From positions 640,001 through 704,000 of the forward strand of contig OY759599.1 of the NCBI GenBank assembly GCA_963662465.1: 64,000 nucleotides of DNA, written 5' to 3'. Positions within the stretch are counted from its first letter, which is position 1. Each line of letters begins with the position of its first letter. The translations under genes and the position numbers were made by a program. Below are positions 48,911-63,475 of the stretch, piece by piece. The notes beneath the pieces are model-generated. The model worked only from the letters and a program-made list of their open reading frames with translations. It did no database searches and was not told the DNA's origin. Origin of the DNA: Desulfatiglandales bacterium (GTDB lineage Bacteria > Desulfobacterota > DSM-4660 > Desulfatiglandales > Desulfatiglandaceae).

Positions 48911-51900
48911 TCAATTTTTGCTCTTCAGTTTCGCTGAACCAGCTGGTAGACTTTCTTCGTTTCCTGTCTTTCCTTTTCGTTCCCGGAGCCTTTCAAGAAC
49001 CACATAAAGCACCGGCACCAGCACCAGGCTCAGGAAGGTGGAGGCGAGCATGCCGCCGAATACCGCTGTTCCCAGGGAATGTCGGCTGGCGGCGCCGGCT
49101 CCCTGGGCCACCACCATGGGGACCACGCCCAGAATAAAAGCAAAGGCGGTCATCAGGATGGGACGCAAGCGTTCCCGCGATGCGTGAACGGCCGCCTCCA
49201 CGATGGACATGCCCTGTTTCCTCAGTTCACGGGCAAACTCAACAATCAGAATGGCATTTTTGCTGGCCAGGCCGATGAGCATCACCAGTCCGATCTGGCA
49301 GTAGACGTCGTTGGCGATGCCGCGGATATGCTGGGCCAGAAGGGCGCCCAGAATGGCCAGGGGAACCGCCAGCATGACCATGAGGGGCATGACCCAGCTT
49401 TCGTACTGGGCCGCCAGAAAGAGAAATACAAAGACCAGGGCCAGGGAAAAGATGTAGGGGGCCATACCGCCGGCCTCGATCTCCTGGTAAGCGGTGCCGG
49501 TCCACTCGTATCCATATTCGTTGGTCAGGTTCTTGGCAGACAGGGCTTCCATGGCCGCAATGGCCTCTCCCGTACTGTAACCGGGGGCATTGCCGCCGTA
49601 AAGGGAGACCGTGCGGTAGAGGTTGTAATGTTTGATGCTCTGTACGCCCCGGATCTGCTTGACCTTGACCAGGGCGCTGAGCGGCACCATGCTGCCGTCG
49701 CCCGCGCGCACATAGAGCTTTGCGATGTCCTCCCGTTTGGCCCGGTAGTTGTCTTCGGCCTGAATAAAAACCCGGTAAACCCGGCCGAATTTATTGAAGT
49801 CATTGACGTACATGCTTCCCAGGAACGTCTGGAGCGTGGTGAAAATATCGGAGATGGAAATCTGAAGGCTCTTGGCCTTGGTGCGGTCCAGCTCCACGTA
49901 GAACTGGGGATAGTTGACTTCAAAGGTAGTACTCAGGGGGGTCAGGACCGGCTGCTTGCGGCCATCGGTGATCATTTTTTCCGCCGCGGCGCGAAGATCG
50001 ATCAGACTTCCCCCCGTAAGGTCCTGGAGCTCAAACTCAAATCCGCCGGTGGTGCTGAGGCCCTGAATCGGTGGCGGGGGAAAGGGGATGACGATGGCCT
50101 CGTTTATGCCCTGGGCCTCATACATGAAGGCGCCCATGATCCCATTAAGACTGAGCTGGGGCGTTTTTCTTTCGTCCCATGGATTGAGCATGACAAAAGC
50201 GGCCGCCGATGACGGGTCCATGGCCGAGTTGAGCAGGTTATAACCGCCGATCATGACAACGCTCTTGACGCCCGGCGTCTTTGCAAGGATCTTTTCCACG
50301 GCGCTGCATACCTTGCCGGTTCGATCAAGGGATGTCCCTTCGGGAGCTTGAAGCATGACCATGAAATAGCCCTCGTCCTCGGAAGGGACGAAGCCGGTGG
50401 GAACGATCTTGAACATGGCGTAGGTTGCGAAAACCAGACCCGCAAAAACCAGCAGGACCAACACCCAGGCCTTGATAAACCATCTGACCCCTTTCAGATA
50501 ACGGTCTCGGGACCACTCAAAGACCTGGTTGAACTTTCGGAAAAACCAGGCCTGCTTTTTGGGGGTAGGCCGCAGCAGGGCCGCGCACAGGGCCGGGCTG
50601 AGGGTCAGGGCGTTAATGGCGGAGATGCCCACGGAAAAGGCGATGGTGAGGGCGAACTGGCGATAGAGTTGTCCGGTAATGCCGGGCATGAAGGCTACGG
50701 GGACAAATACGGCCATGAGGACCAGGGTGGTGGCAATGATCGGGCCTGTCACCTCCCGCATGGCCTCCTTGGTGGCCTCCTTGGGCGCCATACCCTTTTC
50801 ATCGATGCAACGGGAGGCGTTTTCCACCACCACGATGGCGTCGTCCACCACGATGCCGATGGCCAGCACCAATCCAAACAGGGTCAGGGTATTGATGGAA
50901 AACCCGAAAGCTTTCAGTACCGCAAAGGTGCCCACCAGGGACACGGGAATGGCGATGGCGGGAATCATGGTGGCCCGCCAGTTCTGAAGAAAAATGTAGA
51001 CCACGAAAAACACCAGCAACATGGCCTCCAGAAGCGTCTTGATGACTTCTTTGATGGATTCCTTGACAAAAAGGGTGGTGTCGTAGCTGACCGCGTACTT
51101 GAGATCTTTGGGAAATCGTTTGGAGAGCCGTTCCATGTTGGCGTACACTTCGCTGGCCACATCCAGGGCATTGGCGCCGGGCAATTGAAAAACGCCGATA
51201 CAGGCGGCTTTGTTGCTGTTTAAATGCGCGAACCAGCCGTAGTTTTCCGCTCCCAGTTCCACCCGCCCCACATCTTTGACCCTGACCACGGACCCGTCCG
51301 GCCGGGTTCGAATAATGATGTCCTCAAACTCCTTGGGCGAGGATAACCGGCCCAGGGTGTTGATGGAATAGGTAAATGTTTGATTAGGGGGACTGGGCGT
51401 GTCGCCGATCTTTCCGGCTGCTACCTGAACATTCTGTTCCTGGACGGCTGAGATGACGTCCGTGGCGGTCATCTCCATGCTGGTCAGTTTGTTAGGATTG
51501 AGCCACAAGCGCATGGCGTATTTTTTTTCGCCGAAAATTTCAACGTCCCCCACGCCCGGGAGACGTTTCAGGATATCCACGATGTTGATGGAGGCGTAGT
51601 TGCTGAGATACAGGTCGTCAAAAGTATTGTTGGGCGAATAAAGGGAGATGATGACCACAAAATCGGGCGATTGTTTTTGGGTGGTGATGCCGTATTTTCG
51701 AACATCATCGGGAACCTGGGGCTGGGCCATGGTCACCCGGTTTTGAACGTCCACGGCGGCGATGTTCAGATCATAGCCCACGTCAAAGGTGACGGTGATA
51801 TCGCTGGTGCCGTCGTTGGAACTGATGGAAGACATGTAGGTCATGCCTTCGACGCCGTTGATTTGTTCTTCAATGGGGGTGGTGACGGTTTTTTCCACCA

Positions 51901-52069
51901 CTTCCGCGCTGGCGCCCGTGTAAGTGGCCTTGACCTGCACCGTGGGGGGCGTGATTTCAGGAAATTGAGCGATGGGAAGCAGGCTGATGCAGACGGCGCC
52001 GGCCAGAGAGATCACAATGGAAATGACGCCCGCGAAAATGGGCCGGTCAATGAAAAAATCGACAAACAT
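48911..52069 (-). CDS. RND multidrug efflux permease (AcrB/HAE1)
   Basis: FIDRPIFA, GIVVDDAIVVVEN, RLRPILMT. Confidence 0.95.
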   Translation of the reverse strand: MFVDFFIDRPIFAGVISIVISLAGAVCISLLPIAQFPEITPPTVQVKATYTGASAEVVEKTVTTPIEEQINGVEGMTYMSSISSNDGTSDITVTFDVGYDLNIAAVDVQNRVTMAQPQVPDDVRKYGITTQKQSPDFVVIISLYSPNNTFDDLYLSNYASINIVDILKRLPGVGDVEIFGEKKYAMRLWLNPNKLTSMEMTATDVISAVQEQNVQVAAGKIGDTPSPPNQTFTYSINTLGRLSSPKEFEDIIIRTRPDGSVVRVKDVGRVELGAENYGWFAHLNSNKAACIGVFQLPGANALDVASEVYANMERLSKRFPKDLKYAVSYDTTLFVKESIKEVIKTLLEAMLLVFFVVYIFLQNWRATMIPAIAIPVSLVGTFAVLKAFGFSINTLTLFGLVLAIGIVVDDAIVVVENASRCIDEKGMAPKEATKEAMREVTGPIIATTLVLMAVFVPVAFMPGITGQLYRQFALTIAFSVGISAINALTLSPALCAALLRPTPKKQAWFFRKFNQVFEWSRDRYLKGVRWFIKAWVLVLLVFAGLVFATYAMFKIVPTGFVPSEDEGYFMVMLQAPEGTSLDRTGKVCSAVEKILAKTPGVKSVVMIGGYNLLNSAMDPSSAAAFVMLNPWDERKTPQLSLNGIMGAFMYEAQGINEAIVIPFPPPPIQGLSTTGGFEFELQDLTGGSLIDLRAAAEKMITDGRKQPVLTPLSTTFEVNYPQFYVELDRTKAKSLQISISDIFTTLQTFLGSMYVNDFNKFGRVYRVFIQAEDNYRAKREDIAKLYVRAGDGSMVPLSALVKVKQIRGVQSIKHYNLYRTVSLYGGNAPGYSTGEAIAAMEALSAKNLTNEYGYEWTGTAYQEIEAGGMAPYIFSLALVFVFLFLAAQYESWVMPLMVMLAVPLAILGALLAQHIRGIANDVYCQIGLVMLIGLASKNAILIVEFARELRKQGMSIVEAAVHASRERLRPILMTAFAFILGVVPMVVAQGAGAASRHSLGTAVFGGMLASTFLSLVLVPVLYVVLERLRERKGKTGNEESLPAGSAKLKSKN

Positions 52070-52093
52070 AGGGCTTCCTCGAAAGGGCTTCGC

Positions 52094-53240
52094 TTATTTT
52101 TTGGAAGTGGACGGCGCCCCGGCTTCTTTGGGTTGAACCACCATGCCGGGTCTGACCATCTGAAGTCCTTCGGTTATGACGAGGTCTCCGGCCTTCAGGC
52201 CTTTCCAGATGATCTTCTGGTGTTTGTATAGAAATCCGGCCTTGACCGGCCTTTGCTCCACCTTGTTGTCTTTTCCCACCACATAAACATACATGCCGGT
52301 TTGATCCTCGGCAATGGCTTTTTCGGTAATCAACGGGGTGTCCGGCACATCACATAGAAAAAGGCCGGCCTGAACATAGATACCGGGCAAAAGGGTCTTT
52401 TCGGGATTGGGAATAACGGCGCGCATGTTGATGGTATTGGCCTGTGGGTCGGCCGTGTTGTCGATAAAATCCACCTTTCCCGGATGGGAGTGGGTGCTGC
52501 CGTCGGAGAGGATAATATTTACGGGGATCTCTTTTCCCTGTTTGTACTTGAGGATCAGCCGCAGATCTTTCTCGCTGGGGCTGAAATAGACGTACAACGG
52601 GTCCAGTTTCACAATGGTGGCCAGTTTGGTGTTTTGCCCGCCGGCGCCCACCAGGTTGCCCACATTCACCAGGGTTCGCCCGATGCGGCCATCCAGGGGG
52701 GAGTACATGGTGCAGTAGCCTAAGTTGAGCCTGTCCTGCTTGATTTTGGCCTGGTCGGCTTTGACGGAGGCGGTCGCTTCCCGGGCCTTGGTTTCGTAAT
52801 CCTCCAGGGATTCCTGGGTCACGAAATCCTGTTTTGCAAGGGGTTTGTATCGTTTCACCTGGTCCAGGGCAAAGGAAAGGGATGCTTTGTCCCGGGCCAG
52901 TTGGGCCAGGCTTCCTTCCAGCGCTGCCTGGTAGGGGGCCTTTTCAATGACGAATATGATATCCCCTTTTTTGACGTTCGCTCCTTCCACAAACCGTCTT
53001 TCTTCAAGAAAGCCCTCTACCCTGGCGCAAATGTCCACGGTTTTGACGGACTCCGTGGTGGCCACGTAATCGAGATGAACGGGCACGGTTTGTAAGGTTA
53101 CCTTTTCGACGGTAACCTCCGGGGGTGGCGGCGGTTTGGGCGCCTGTTTCCGTTCTTCTTTGCAGCCGGAAAAAGAGACTGACCCAAGGAGTAAAAAAAC
53201 CATCAGGATGATCCGGATATTGGGTATTCCGATTCGGTGA

Positions 53241-53251
<11 letters not shown>
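52094..53251 (-). CDS. RND periplasmic adaptor (MFP)
   Basis: Lipobox-like FSGC, ARVEG, SPLDGRIG. Confidence 0.92.
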
Positions 53252-56240
<2,989 letters not shown>

Positions 56241-56259
56241 TTCAAAAACTGAAGACAAT

Positions 56260-56290
56260 GCTAACAGCTAACAGCTAACAGCTAACAGCT
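56260..56290 (+). repeat. Heptamer tandem repeat (GCTAACA)x4.4
   Basis: Seen directly in the kdnA-kdnB spacer. Confidence 0.95.
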
Positions 56291-56299
56291 CAAACTTAG

Positions 56300-57391
<1,092 letters not shown>

Positions 57392-57423
57392 GTGTTTGGT
57401 TAAGGATTTAAAACCCGCTTCAC

Positions 57424-58413
57424 TTATTCATCATGTTCATCCCGGATGCTGCCCACCAGTTCCTCCAGGATGTCCTCCAGTGTGACGATGCCCGCCACGT
57501 TTCCGGCGCTGTCCACCACCACCGCCAGGTGAACCTTGTGTCGTTTGAAGCGACGCAACTGCCGGTCGATTTTCGTGTCCACTGTAGCAAATTCGGGTGG
57601 CCGCATGATCTTTTGAAGTGGAGCGGCGGGATCGTTTTCAAGAAGCTTGAAAAGATCCTTGGCGTGAATGAAGCCGATGATGTGGTCGGGGGTTTCTCCC
57701 TGCACCGGAAACCGTGTGAAGCCCGTCTCCAGCACGGTGTTGATGGCTTCCTTTATAGGCGCCCGAATATTCAGGGTTTTCATTCGAGATTCCGGAATCA
57801 TGATCTCGCCTACGGTTTTGTCGTTTAAAGTGAACACGTTGGCCAGCATCTTTTTTTCGAGGCCGGTGATGGCGCCTTCGTCCCACCCCATCTTGATGCA
57901 GGCGTGGATCTCCGCTTCGGTCATCAACGGTTTTTCAACGGTATTCATATCGACGCCCACCAGCAGAAGCAGTTTTCTGCTCACGTAGGTGATGGCTACC
58001 AATACCGGATTGGAAATCCACATGACCCCATTTAAGATGGGGGCCGTGACCATGCTGACCCTTTCATTAAAATGTTTGGCATAGACCTTGGGGGTGATTT
58101 CCGCGAAAATGAGAATGGCGACGGTCAGGATGGCGGTCACGTAAACGATGCCTTTTTCCCCCCAGAAGGAGATGGCCAGGGCCGTGGCAATGGCGCTCAT
58201 GGCCACATTGACCAGGTTGTTGCCCAGGAGAATAGCGCCGATGAGTTTTTCGGGATGTTTCAGGATTTTTGAAACCATGGCGACCCGCCGGGGCTTGGTT
58301 TCGGAAAGCAGTTTCAGGCGCAAACGACTGATGGCCATGAGCGCCGTTTCGGCGCCGGAAAAAAAGGCCGAACATCCCAGAAGCGCCACCAGAAAAAGGA
58401 TCAGGAACAGCAT
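57424..58413 (-). CDS. CNNM/HlyC/CorC family (DUF21 + CBS) protein
   Basis: SAFFSGAETA, LLGNNLVN, FAEITPK, VTLEDILEELVG. Confidence 0.92.
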   Translation of the reverse strand: MLFLILFLVALLGCSAFFSGAETALMAISRLRLKLLSETKPRRVAMVSKILKHPEKLIGAILLGNNLVNVAMSAIATALAISFWGEKGIVYVTAILTVAILIFAEITPKVYAKHFNERVSMVTAPILNGVMWISNPVLVAITYVSRKLLLLVGVDMNTVEKPLMTEAEIHACIKMGWDEGAITGLEKKMLANVFTLNDKTVGEIMIPESRMKTLNIRAPIKEAINTVLETGFTRFPVQGETPDHIIGFIHAKDLFKLLENDPAAPLQKIMRPPEFATVDTKIDRQLRRFKRHKVHLAVVVDSAGNVAGIVTLEDILEELVGSIRDEHDE

Positions 58414-58597
58414 TTTTGTTTGTCTCCCTTCGAGTTTAATGTGTTGGAAAGCCCGCGGATCATGTGTCCGTTGAACGCCACAATCTCATAGACATCATAA
58501 ACGGTATGGGCTAGATTTCAGAATACTATCTTTATTAACCTGTGGATTGCAAGTTCCAGGTTTAGGGCATCCATTGAAAATTAGTGGAGGATAACGG

Positions 58598-59812
58598 TTG
58601 GACTCCCAACTGCTCTGGCAATATGTACCGATGGCGGATTATAAACTTCCCGAAGGGATGGTTGTGGAGACGGTTCGAGGGGGGGTGGTGGGGATTTGGC
58701 GAAGGCTCACCGCTTCCGGAAAGGACAATGTTGTACCCCTTGCAAGCCCGGAGAAATTGCAGTCGGTTTCCGACGCCCTCTTGAACGCCGCTGTGCCGCC
58801 TCCGGATTGGGGAAGCGCCCTGTCCGCCCTTGATAAGGCCGTGATGCCCCGGCTCAAGGAACATAACCCCGATAATCCCGCCATATTTATCATTAGCCCT
58901 CCCCATGGGGGGAATGCCCCCATCCTGCGGCAATATGCACAGGCAAAGGGCTGGCCGGAACCGGCGCCCCCTTCGCCAAAACAAATCCTTGACGCTGACA
59001 ACGGATGGTTTGAATCTTTTACCGCAAACAGCCGCCTGCCCTGGGTTCTTCCCGCGCTGGAGCAATGCTGGTTGCGGCACGATTCGGGTTTGCGCCTTGT
59101 GCGCCATTTTTTTGAGCGGCTTTTTTCCGGCGCCCTCAACAGGGGAATTGTGGGGTGCGACAGTTGGGCATGGGCCTATCTGAAGCATGCCATGGTATTA
59201 ACCCGGACAGACCCGCTGGTTGCCCAGCCCCTGGACCCCCTGAGACTCTCCCTCTGGTTCGGGAGCCTCGCCCGGCAAAACAATGAAAACAGCCCCGTTT
59301 TTCGGCAGAGCGACAATGGTTCCCATGTCCTTACGCCCGATGGAGGCATGGACCTCGCAAACAACCCGGGGGAAGCGGGGAATTTTCTGAAAAAACTGGC
59401 AGCCTACAGCCGGGGTATTCCGGGGGTGGCCTGGGCCCTGTGGCGGGAAAGCCTCAACACGCTGCCCGAAGGGGATTACGAAGAGGGCCGGGACGTGGTG
59501 GTGGGGAGCAAAGGCGTTAAGACCCTGTGGGTGACGCCATGGGACAAGATGCGGTTGCCGAACCCGCCGCTGCCCCTGGAAAAGATACAGGTGTTGGTGA
59601 TGCATGCTCTGTTGCAGCACAACGGGTTGCCCCGGGACCTGCTATGCCGTATCCTCCCTTTTTCACCCCATGAACTGGATCGAACGCTCAATCTGCTTCG
59701 GGTTCCGGGAATCCTGGAACGAAACGAAAAAAAATGGCGTGTTTCGGCGGCCGCCTATCCATCGGTTCGGCGGCTCATGAATGGCGAAGGGTATCTGGTG
59801 GACGAATTTTAG
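58598..59812 (+). CDS. Hypothetical protein, possibly degenerate P-loop fold
   Basis: 404-aa ORF heading the MscS operon; ISPPHGGN resembles a decayed Walker A. Confidence 0.65.
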   Translation: MDSQLLWQYVPMADYKLPEGMVVETVRGGVVGIWRRLTASGKDNVVPLASPEKLQSVSDALLNAAVPPPDWGSALSALDKAVMPRLKEHNPDNPAIFIISPPHGGNAPILRQYAQAKGWPEPAPPSPKQILDADNGWFESFTANSRLPWVLPALEQCWLRHDSGLRLVRHFFERLFSGALNRGIVGCDSWAWAYLKHAMVLTRTDPLVAQPLDPLRLSLWFGSLARQNNENSPVFRQSDNGSHVLTPDGGMDLANNPGEAGNFLKKLAAYSRGIPGVAWALWRESLNTLPEGDYEEGRDVVVGSKGVKTLWVTPWDKMRLPNPPLPLEKIQVLVMHALLQHNGLPRDLLCRILPFSPHELDRTLNLLRVPGILERNEKKWRVSAAAYPSVRRLMNGEGYLVDEF

Positions 59813-59820
59813 AAAGGCAT

Positions 59821-60618
59821 ATGCTGATGGATATGATCAAGTTTCTGGAGCAGGCCGCCCTGATCCAGGTTGGTTTTACGCTGGTGGTCGGCTGGCTTTG
59901 CATCGTGGGCGCTCAGCGACTGATTCCGACCATCGCCGAAAAGGTTTCCGGTCGTTACCGGTTCTACATTCTGGCGACGGTTCCGGTATTTCGTCTTGCG
60001 ATCATTCTCCTTGCGGCCTGGCTCATCATTTCAAGAATTGTCGATCCCACCTTTGAAAACCTCATTGCGTTGCTGGGCGCCGTTGGCATTGCCCTGGGAT
60101 TTGCTTTCAAGGACTATGCCAGCAGCCTGATTGCGGGTATCGTTACCCTTTACGAAATGCCCTACCGCATGGGTGACTGGATCACCGTGGAAGGCGTTTA
60201 CGGGGAAGTGCGATCCATCGGCATGCGGGCCGTGTCCATCGTGACCCCCGACGACACCACGGTTGTCGTCCCGCACCAGAAACTTTGGAACGGACTTTTG
60301 TTTAACGCCAATGACGGAGACCGGAACCTGCAGTGTGGGATTGACTTTTATCTGCACCCCCGCCATGATGCCGTAAAGGTTATCTCCGTTCTTAAGGATG
60401 TGGCGCTTTCCAGCCCTTTTTTGCAGGTTCAGCGTCCCGTGATGGTTATTGTTCGGGAAATGCCTTGGGGAACCCATTACCGGCTCAAAGCCTACCCCGT
60501 GGATCCCAGGGATCAGTTTGCTTTTACCACGGACCTGACGGTGCGGGGAAAAGGGGCGCTTATGCGCCGGGGAATGGATTTTGCGGTTGCACCCATGGTC
60601 TGCGGGGTTGAACCATGA
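59821..60618 (+). CDS. MscS-family mechanosensitive channel
   Basis: GIALGFAFKD, PYRMGDWI, GEVRSIGMR. Confidence 0.9.
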   Translation: MLMDMIKFLEQAALIQVGFTLVVGWLCIVGAQRLIPTIAEKVSGRYRFYILATVPVFRLAIILLAAWLIISRIVDPTFENLIALLGAVGIALGFAFKDYASSLIAGIVTLYEMPYRMGDWITVEGVYGEVRSIGMRAVSIVTPDDTTVVVPHQKLWNGLLFNANDGDRNLQCGIDFYLHPRHDAVKVISVLKDVALSSPFLQVQRPVMVIVREMPWGTHYRLKAYPVDPRDQFAFTTDLTVRGKGALMRRGMDFAVAPMVCGVEP

Positions 60619-60657
60619 CCCGATTAAACCTCGGCTCTTTTGATGGGAGGATTGCTC

Positions 60658-61587
60658 ATGCCGGCTGATTTTCAGAACTGGGTTTCCAGTCCCATGGCCT
60701 TTCGGTGGTTGACGGCCATTGTGGGGCTGGTGGTTATTTTGACCCTGGTGCGTCTCTTTCAGCGCGCATTGCCCCGGTATGTCCGGGATGCGGACGCCCG
60801 GTATCGCACCCGAAAGTTTGCCGGATTCATGGGCTTCCTGCTGGCGGTGTTTTTTATGACCTCGGTTTTCAGCGATCAGCTCGGCAGCCTCACTGTGGCC
60901 TTTGGCGTGGCCGGCGCTGGCATCGCCTTTGCGCTTCAGGAAGTCATTACCGGCATTGCAGGATGGGTGGCCGTCACCTTCGGCCATTTTTATAAATCCG
61001 GGGATCGCATTCAACTGGGCGGTGTCATGGGGGACGTGATCGATATCGGCGTTTTGCGCACCACCCTCATGGAATGTGGCGGGTGGGTCAGGGGGGACCA
61101 GTACAACGGTCGTATTGTTAGAATTTCAAACGGTTCCGTTTTCAAGGACCCTGTTTACAACTATTCGGCCGATTTCCCATTTTTGTGGGATGAAATTACC
61201 ATGCCGGTCCAATACGGCAGCCATATGCCGGAAGCCCAGCGCATTCTGGAGGAAATCCTATCGGAGGTGGTGGGGGAGTATGCCGCCTACGCAAAAGCGG
61301 CCTGGGATGGCATTGTCAAGAAATACAGGATTGAGGATGCACGGGTGGCCCCCATGGTGACCATGGTCCTCAATGAAAACTGGATGGAATTTACCATGCG
61401 CTACGTGGTGGATTATAAAGAGAGGAGAACGCGAAAACACAGAATTTTCGTTCGTATACTTGAAGCATTTGAAAAGACGGAAGGCCGGGTTAAAATCGCA
61501 TCTACTTCCATGGATCTCAATCTGACGAAAACAGCGCCCTTTAAAGTTGCTTTGTCGGGTGAATCAAAAAGGGAGGTCTTGCCATGA
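60658..61587 (+). CDS. MscS-family mechanosensitive channel
   Basis: GIAFALQE, GDRIQLGG, GDVIDIG. Confidence 0.9.
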   Translation: MPADFQNWVSSPMAFRWLTAIVGLVVILTLVRLFQRALPRYVRDADARYRTRKFAGFMGFLLAVFFMTSVFSDQLGSLTVAFGVAGAGIAFALQEVITGIAGWVAVTFGHFYKSGDRIQLGGVMGDVIDIGVLRTTLMECGGWVRGDQYNGRIVRISNGSVFKDPVYNYSADFPFLWDEITMPVQYGSHMPEAQRILEEILSEVVGEYAAYAKAAWDGIVKKYRIEDARVAPMVTMVLNENWMEFTMRYVVDYKERRTRKHRIFVRILEAFEKTEGRVKIASTSMDLNLTKTAPFKVALSGESKREVLP

Positions 61588-62666
61588 GGATTTGGAGAAT
61601 TGCCCTCTGGTGGATTTTGCTGCTGTTGCTTTGCCCGTCATTGGTCGCATCGGAAGAGGGGAGGGGCCGGAAAAAGTTGCTGGCGGTGGGCACCAAGGTG
61701 GTGGCCCCCTTTGTGATGAAGACAGCGACGGGGGAGTGGACGGGCATCAGTATCGATTTATGGAAGGAGATCGCGTCCGCCCTTGAATTGCCTTACGAAT
61801 TTCGAGAGCTGGATCTTCAGGGCCTTCTGGCGGGAGTGGCCGATGGGTCTCTGGACGTTGCGGTGGCTGCGCTCACCATTACGTCGGAGCGGGAGGAGCG
61901 TTTCGATTTTACCCATCCCTTTCTCACCTCGGGCCTGGGGATTGCGATCAGTGGGCATAAGGGAAGCCCCTGGTGGACGGTTTTTCGGAAATTTTTGTCC
62001 CTCGCCTTTCTCAAGGTGGTGGCCACCCTTGCCCTTGTGTTGCTGGGGGTGGGGGTACTGGTATGGTGGTTTGAGCGGAAGCGGAATTCGGCTCAGTTCG
62101 GCCGGGGGACGAGCCGAGGCATCGGAAGCGGATTCTGGTGGTCGGCGGTAACCATGACCACCGTTGGATATGGCGATAAGGCCCCGGTGACGCCCGCGGG
62201 GCGGCTGGTAGCCCTTATCTGGATGTTTGTTTCGATTATCATCATTTCCACCTTTACGGCGGCCATTACTTCATCCCTTACGGTGAGTAAGCTGGGGTCC
62301 GTGGTTCAGGGGCCCAAGGACTTGCTGAATGTTCGCGTGGGGACCCTCCCCGATACCACCAGTGCCGCCTATTTGGCGGAAGCCCGGGTCTCCTTTCAGC
62401 GGTTTATGTCGGTACGAGAGGGCCTTGAAGCCATCAGCACTGGGAAAATCGATGCTTTTGTGTACGATGCGCCGGTCCTTCGTTACCTGATCAACAAGGA
62501 TTTTCCCGCCACGCTTGAAGTGCTTCCCCAAACCTTTGAACAGCAGAATTACGGGATTGCCCTTCCTCAGCACAGTTCTCTGCGGGAGCCCGTCAACCGG
62601 GTCCTTCTCAAAAAAATAAAGGGACGGGCATGGCAGGATGTGTTGTACCGGTACTTGGGAAGTTAG
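61584..62666 (+). CDS. GluR0-like ligand-gated K+ channel (split substrate-binding domain + pore)
   Basis: GISIDLW, ITSERE...DFT, WWSAVTMTTVGYGD, YGIAL. Confidence 0.88.
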   Translation: MRIWRIALWWILLLLLCPSLVASEEGRGRKKLLAVGTKVVAPFVMKTATGEWTGISIDLWKEIASALELPYEFRELDLQGLLAGVADGSLDVAVAALTITSEREERFDFTHPFLTSGLGIAISGHKGSPWWTVFRKFLSLAFLKVVATLALVLLGVGVLVWWFERKRNSAQFGRGTSRGIGSGFWWSAVTMTTVGYGDKAPVTPAGRLVALIWMFVSIIIISTFTAAITSSLTVSKLGSVVQGPKDLLNVRVGTLPDTTSAAYLAEARVSFQRFMSVREGLEAISTGKIDAFVYDAPVLRYLINKDFPATLEVLPQTFEQQNYGIALPQHSSLREPVNRVLLKKIKGRAWQDVLYRYLGS

Positions 62667-62715
62667 GCGTCAGGTGTGGGATGTTATTCCCGACACCTGA
62701 TGATACCCGCTCGAA

Positions 62716-63024
62716 TTATTTCACTTCAAGAATATTGTTGGCGCCGCCGAAGCCGTTGGCGCAAATCTGGTCGTTGGCGGGATCATTTTGCCATTGGCCG
62801 TCCACCATGAAACGGTATTCGTATCGTCCCGCCGGAACCATGATGATCTTTTTCCACATGCCGAGCTTACTTTTTTTCATGGGATGCTTCTTTTCATTCC
62901 ACAGGTTGAAATCACCCATCAGTGAAACCTTTTCCGCCTGGGGGGCCTCAAAGGTCAGGGTCACCCGTTTGCGTTTGATGGGGGTTTTCGCCCCCTTTTC
63001 ATTCTTTTTTGTCACCATTTCCAA
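62716..63024 (-). CDS. CBM48 / glycogen-binding (isoamylase early set) protein
   Basis: VSLMGDFNLW, GRYEYRFMVDGQW, NGFGG.N. Confidence 0.88.
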   Translation of the reverse strand: MEMVTKKNEKGAKTPIKRKRVTLTFEAPQAEKVSLMGDFNLWNEKKHPMKKSKLGMWKKIIMVPAGRYEYRFMVDGQWQNDPANDQICANGFGGANNILEVK

Positions 63025-63475
63025 ACCTCCCTATGGGTCCCCATGGGACCTGCAACATAAACGCATTCCGATATTTCATTTCGGGAAAATATTTTGTTTT
63101 AACGGCAATATGCCGCGTCTGCTTCCTCTTCAAGGCAAATACCATGTTCTTTCCAATTAAAGCATCCATGGTTTCTTTGTCAAGGATGAATCACCATCAT
63201 TAGAAAATAGATCCCGTAATGTGCTAAGGGACCTCGCCACGTCGTCCAACCCGACGATTTCCATAAAAACCGGACCTTCCGGGAAGACCATTTGGAACCT
63301 GTTCCCGTTTTTTCTCATGATGACATTTTATGAAAAGCCATATACAATTAAAAAAAGCCGTAGAAATACGGATACATCCTAACAATACAAAGGGGGGTAA
63401 AAAAATGGAAAGGCATCTGCTTAGTGTTGTACCGCTCTTTATGCCGCTTTTTCCATAATGCGAAAGGACGCTTTC

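Noticed and set aside
63225..63310. Possible riboswitch or ncRNA upstream of mgtE
   Set aside because: Only short hairpins; I could not match M-box or other riboswitch consensus by eye (an Rfam scan would decide)
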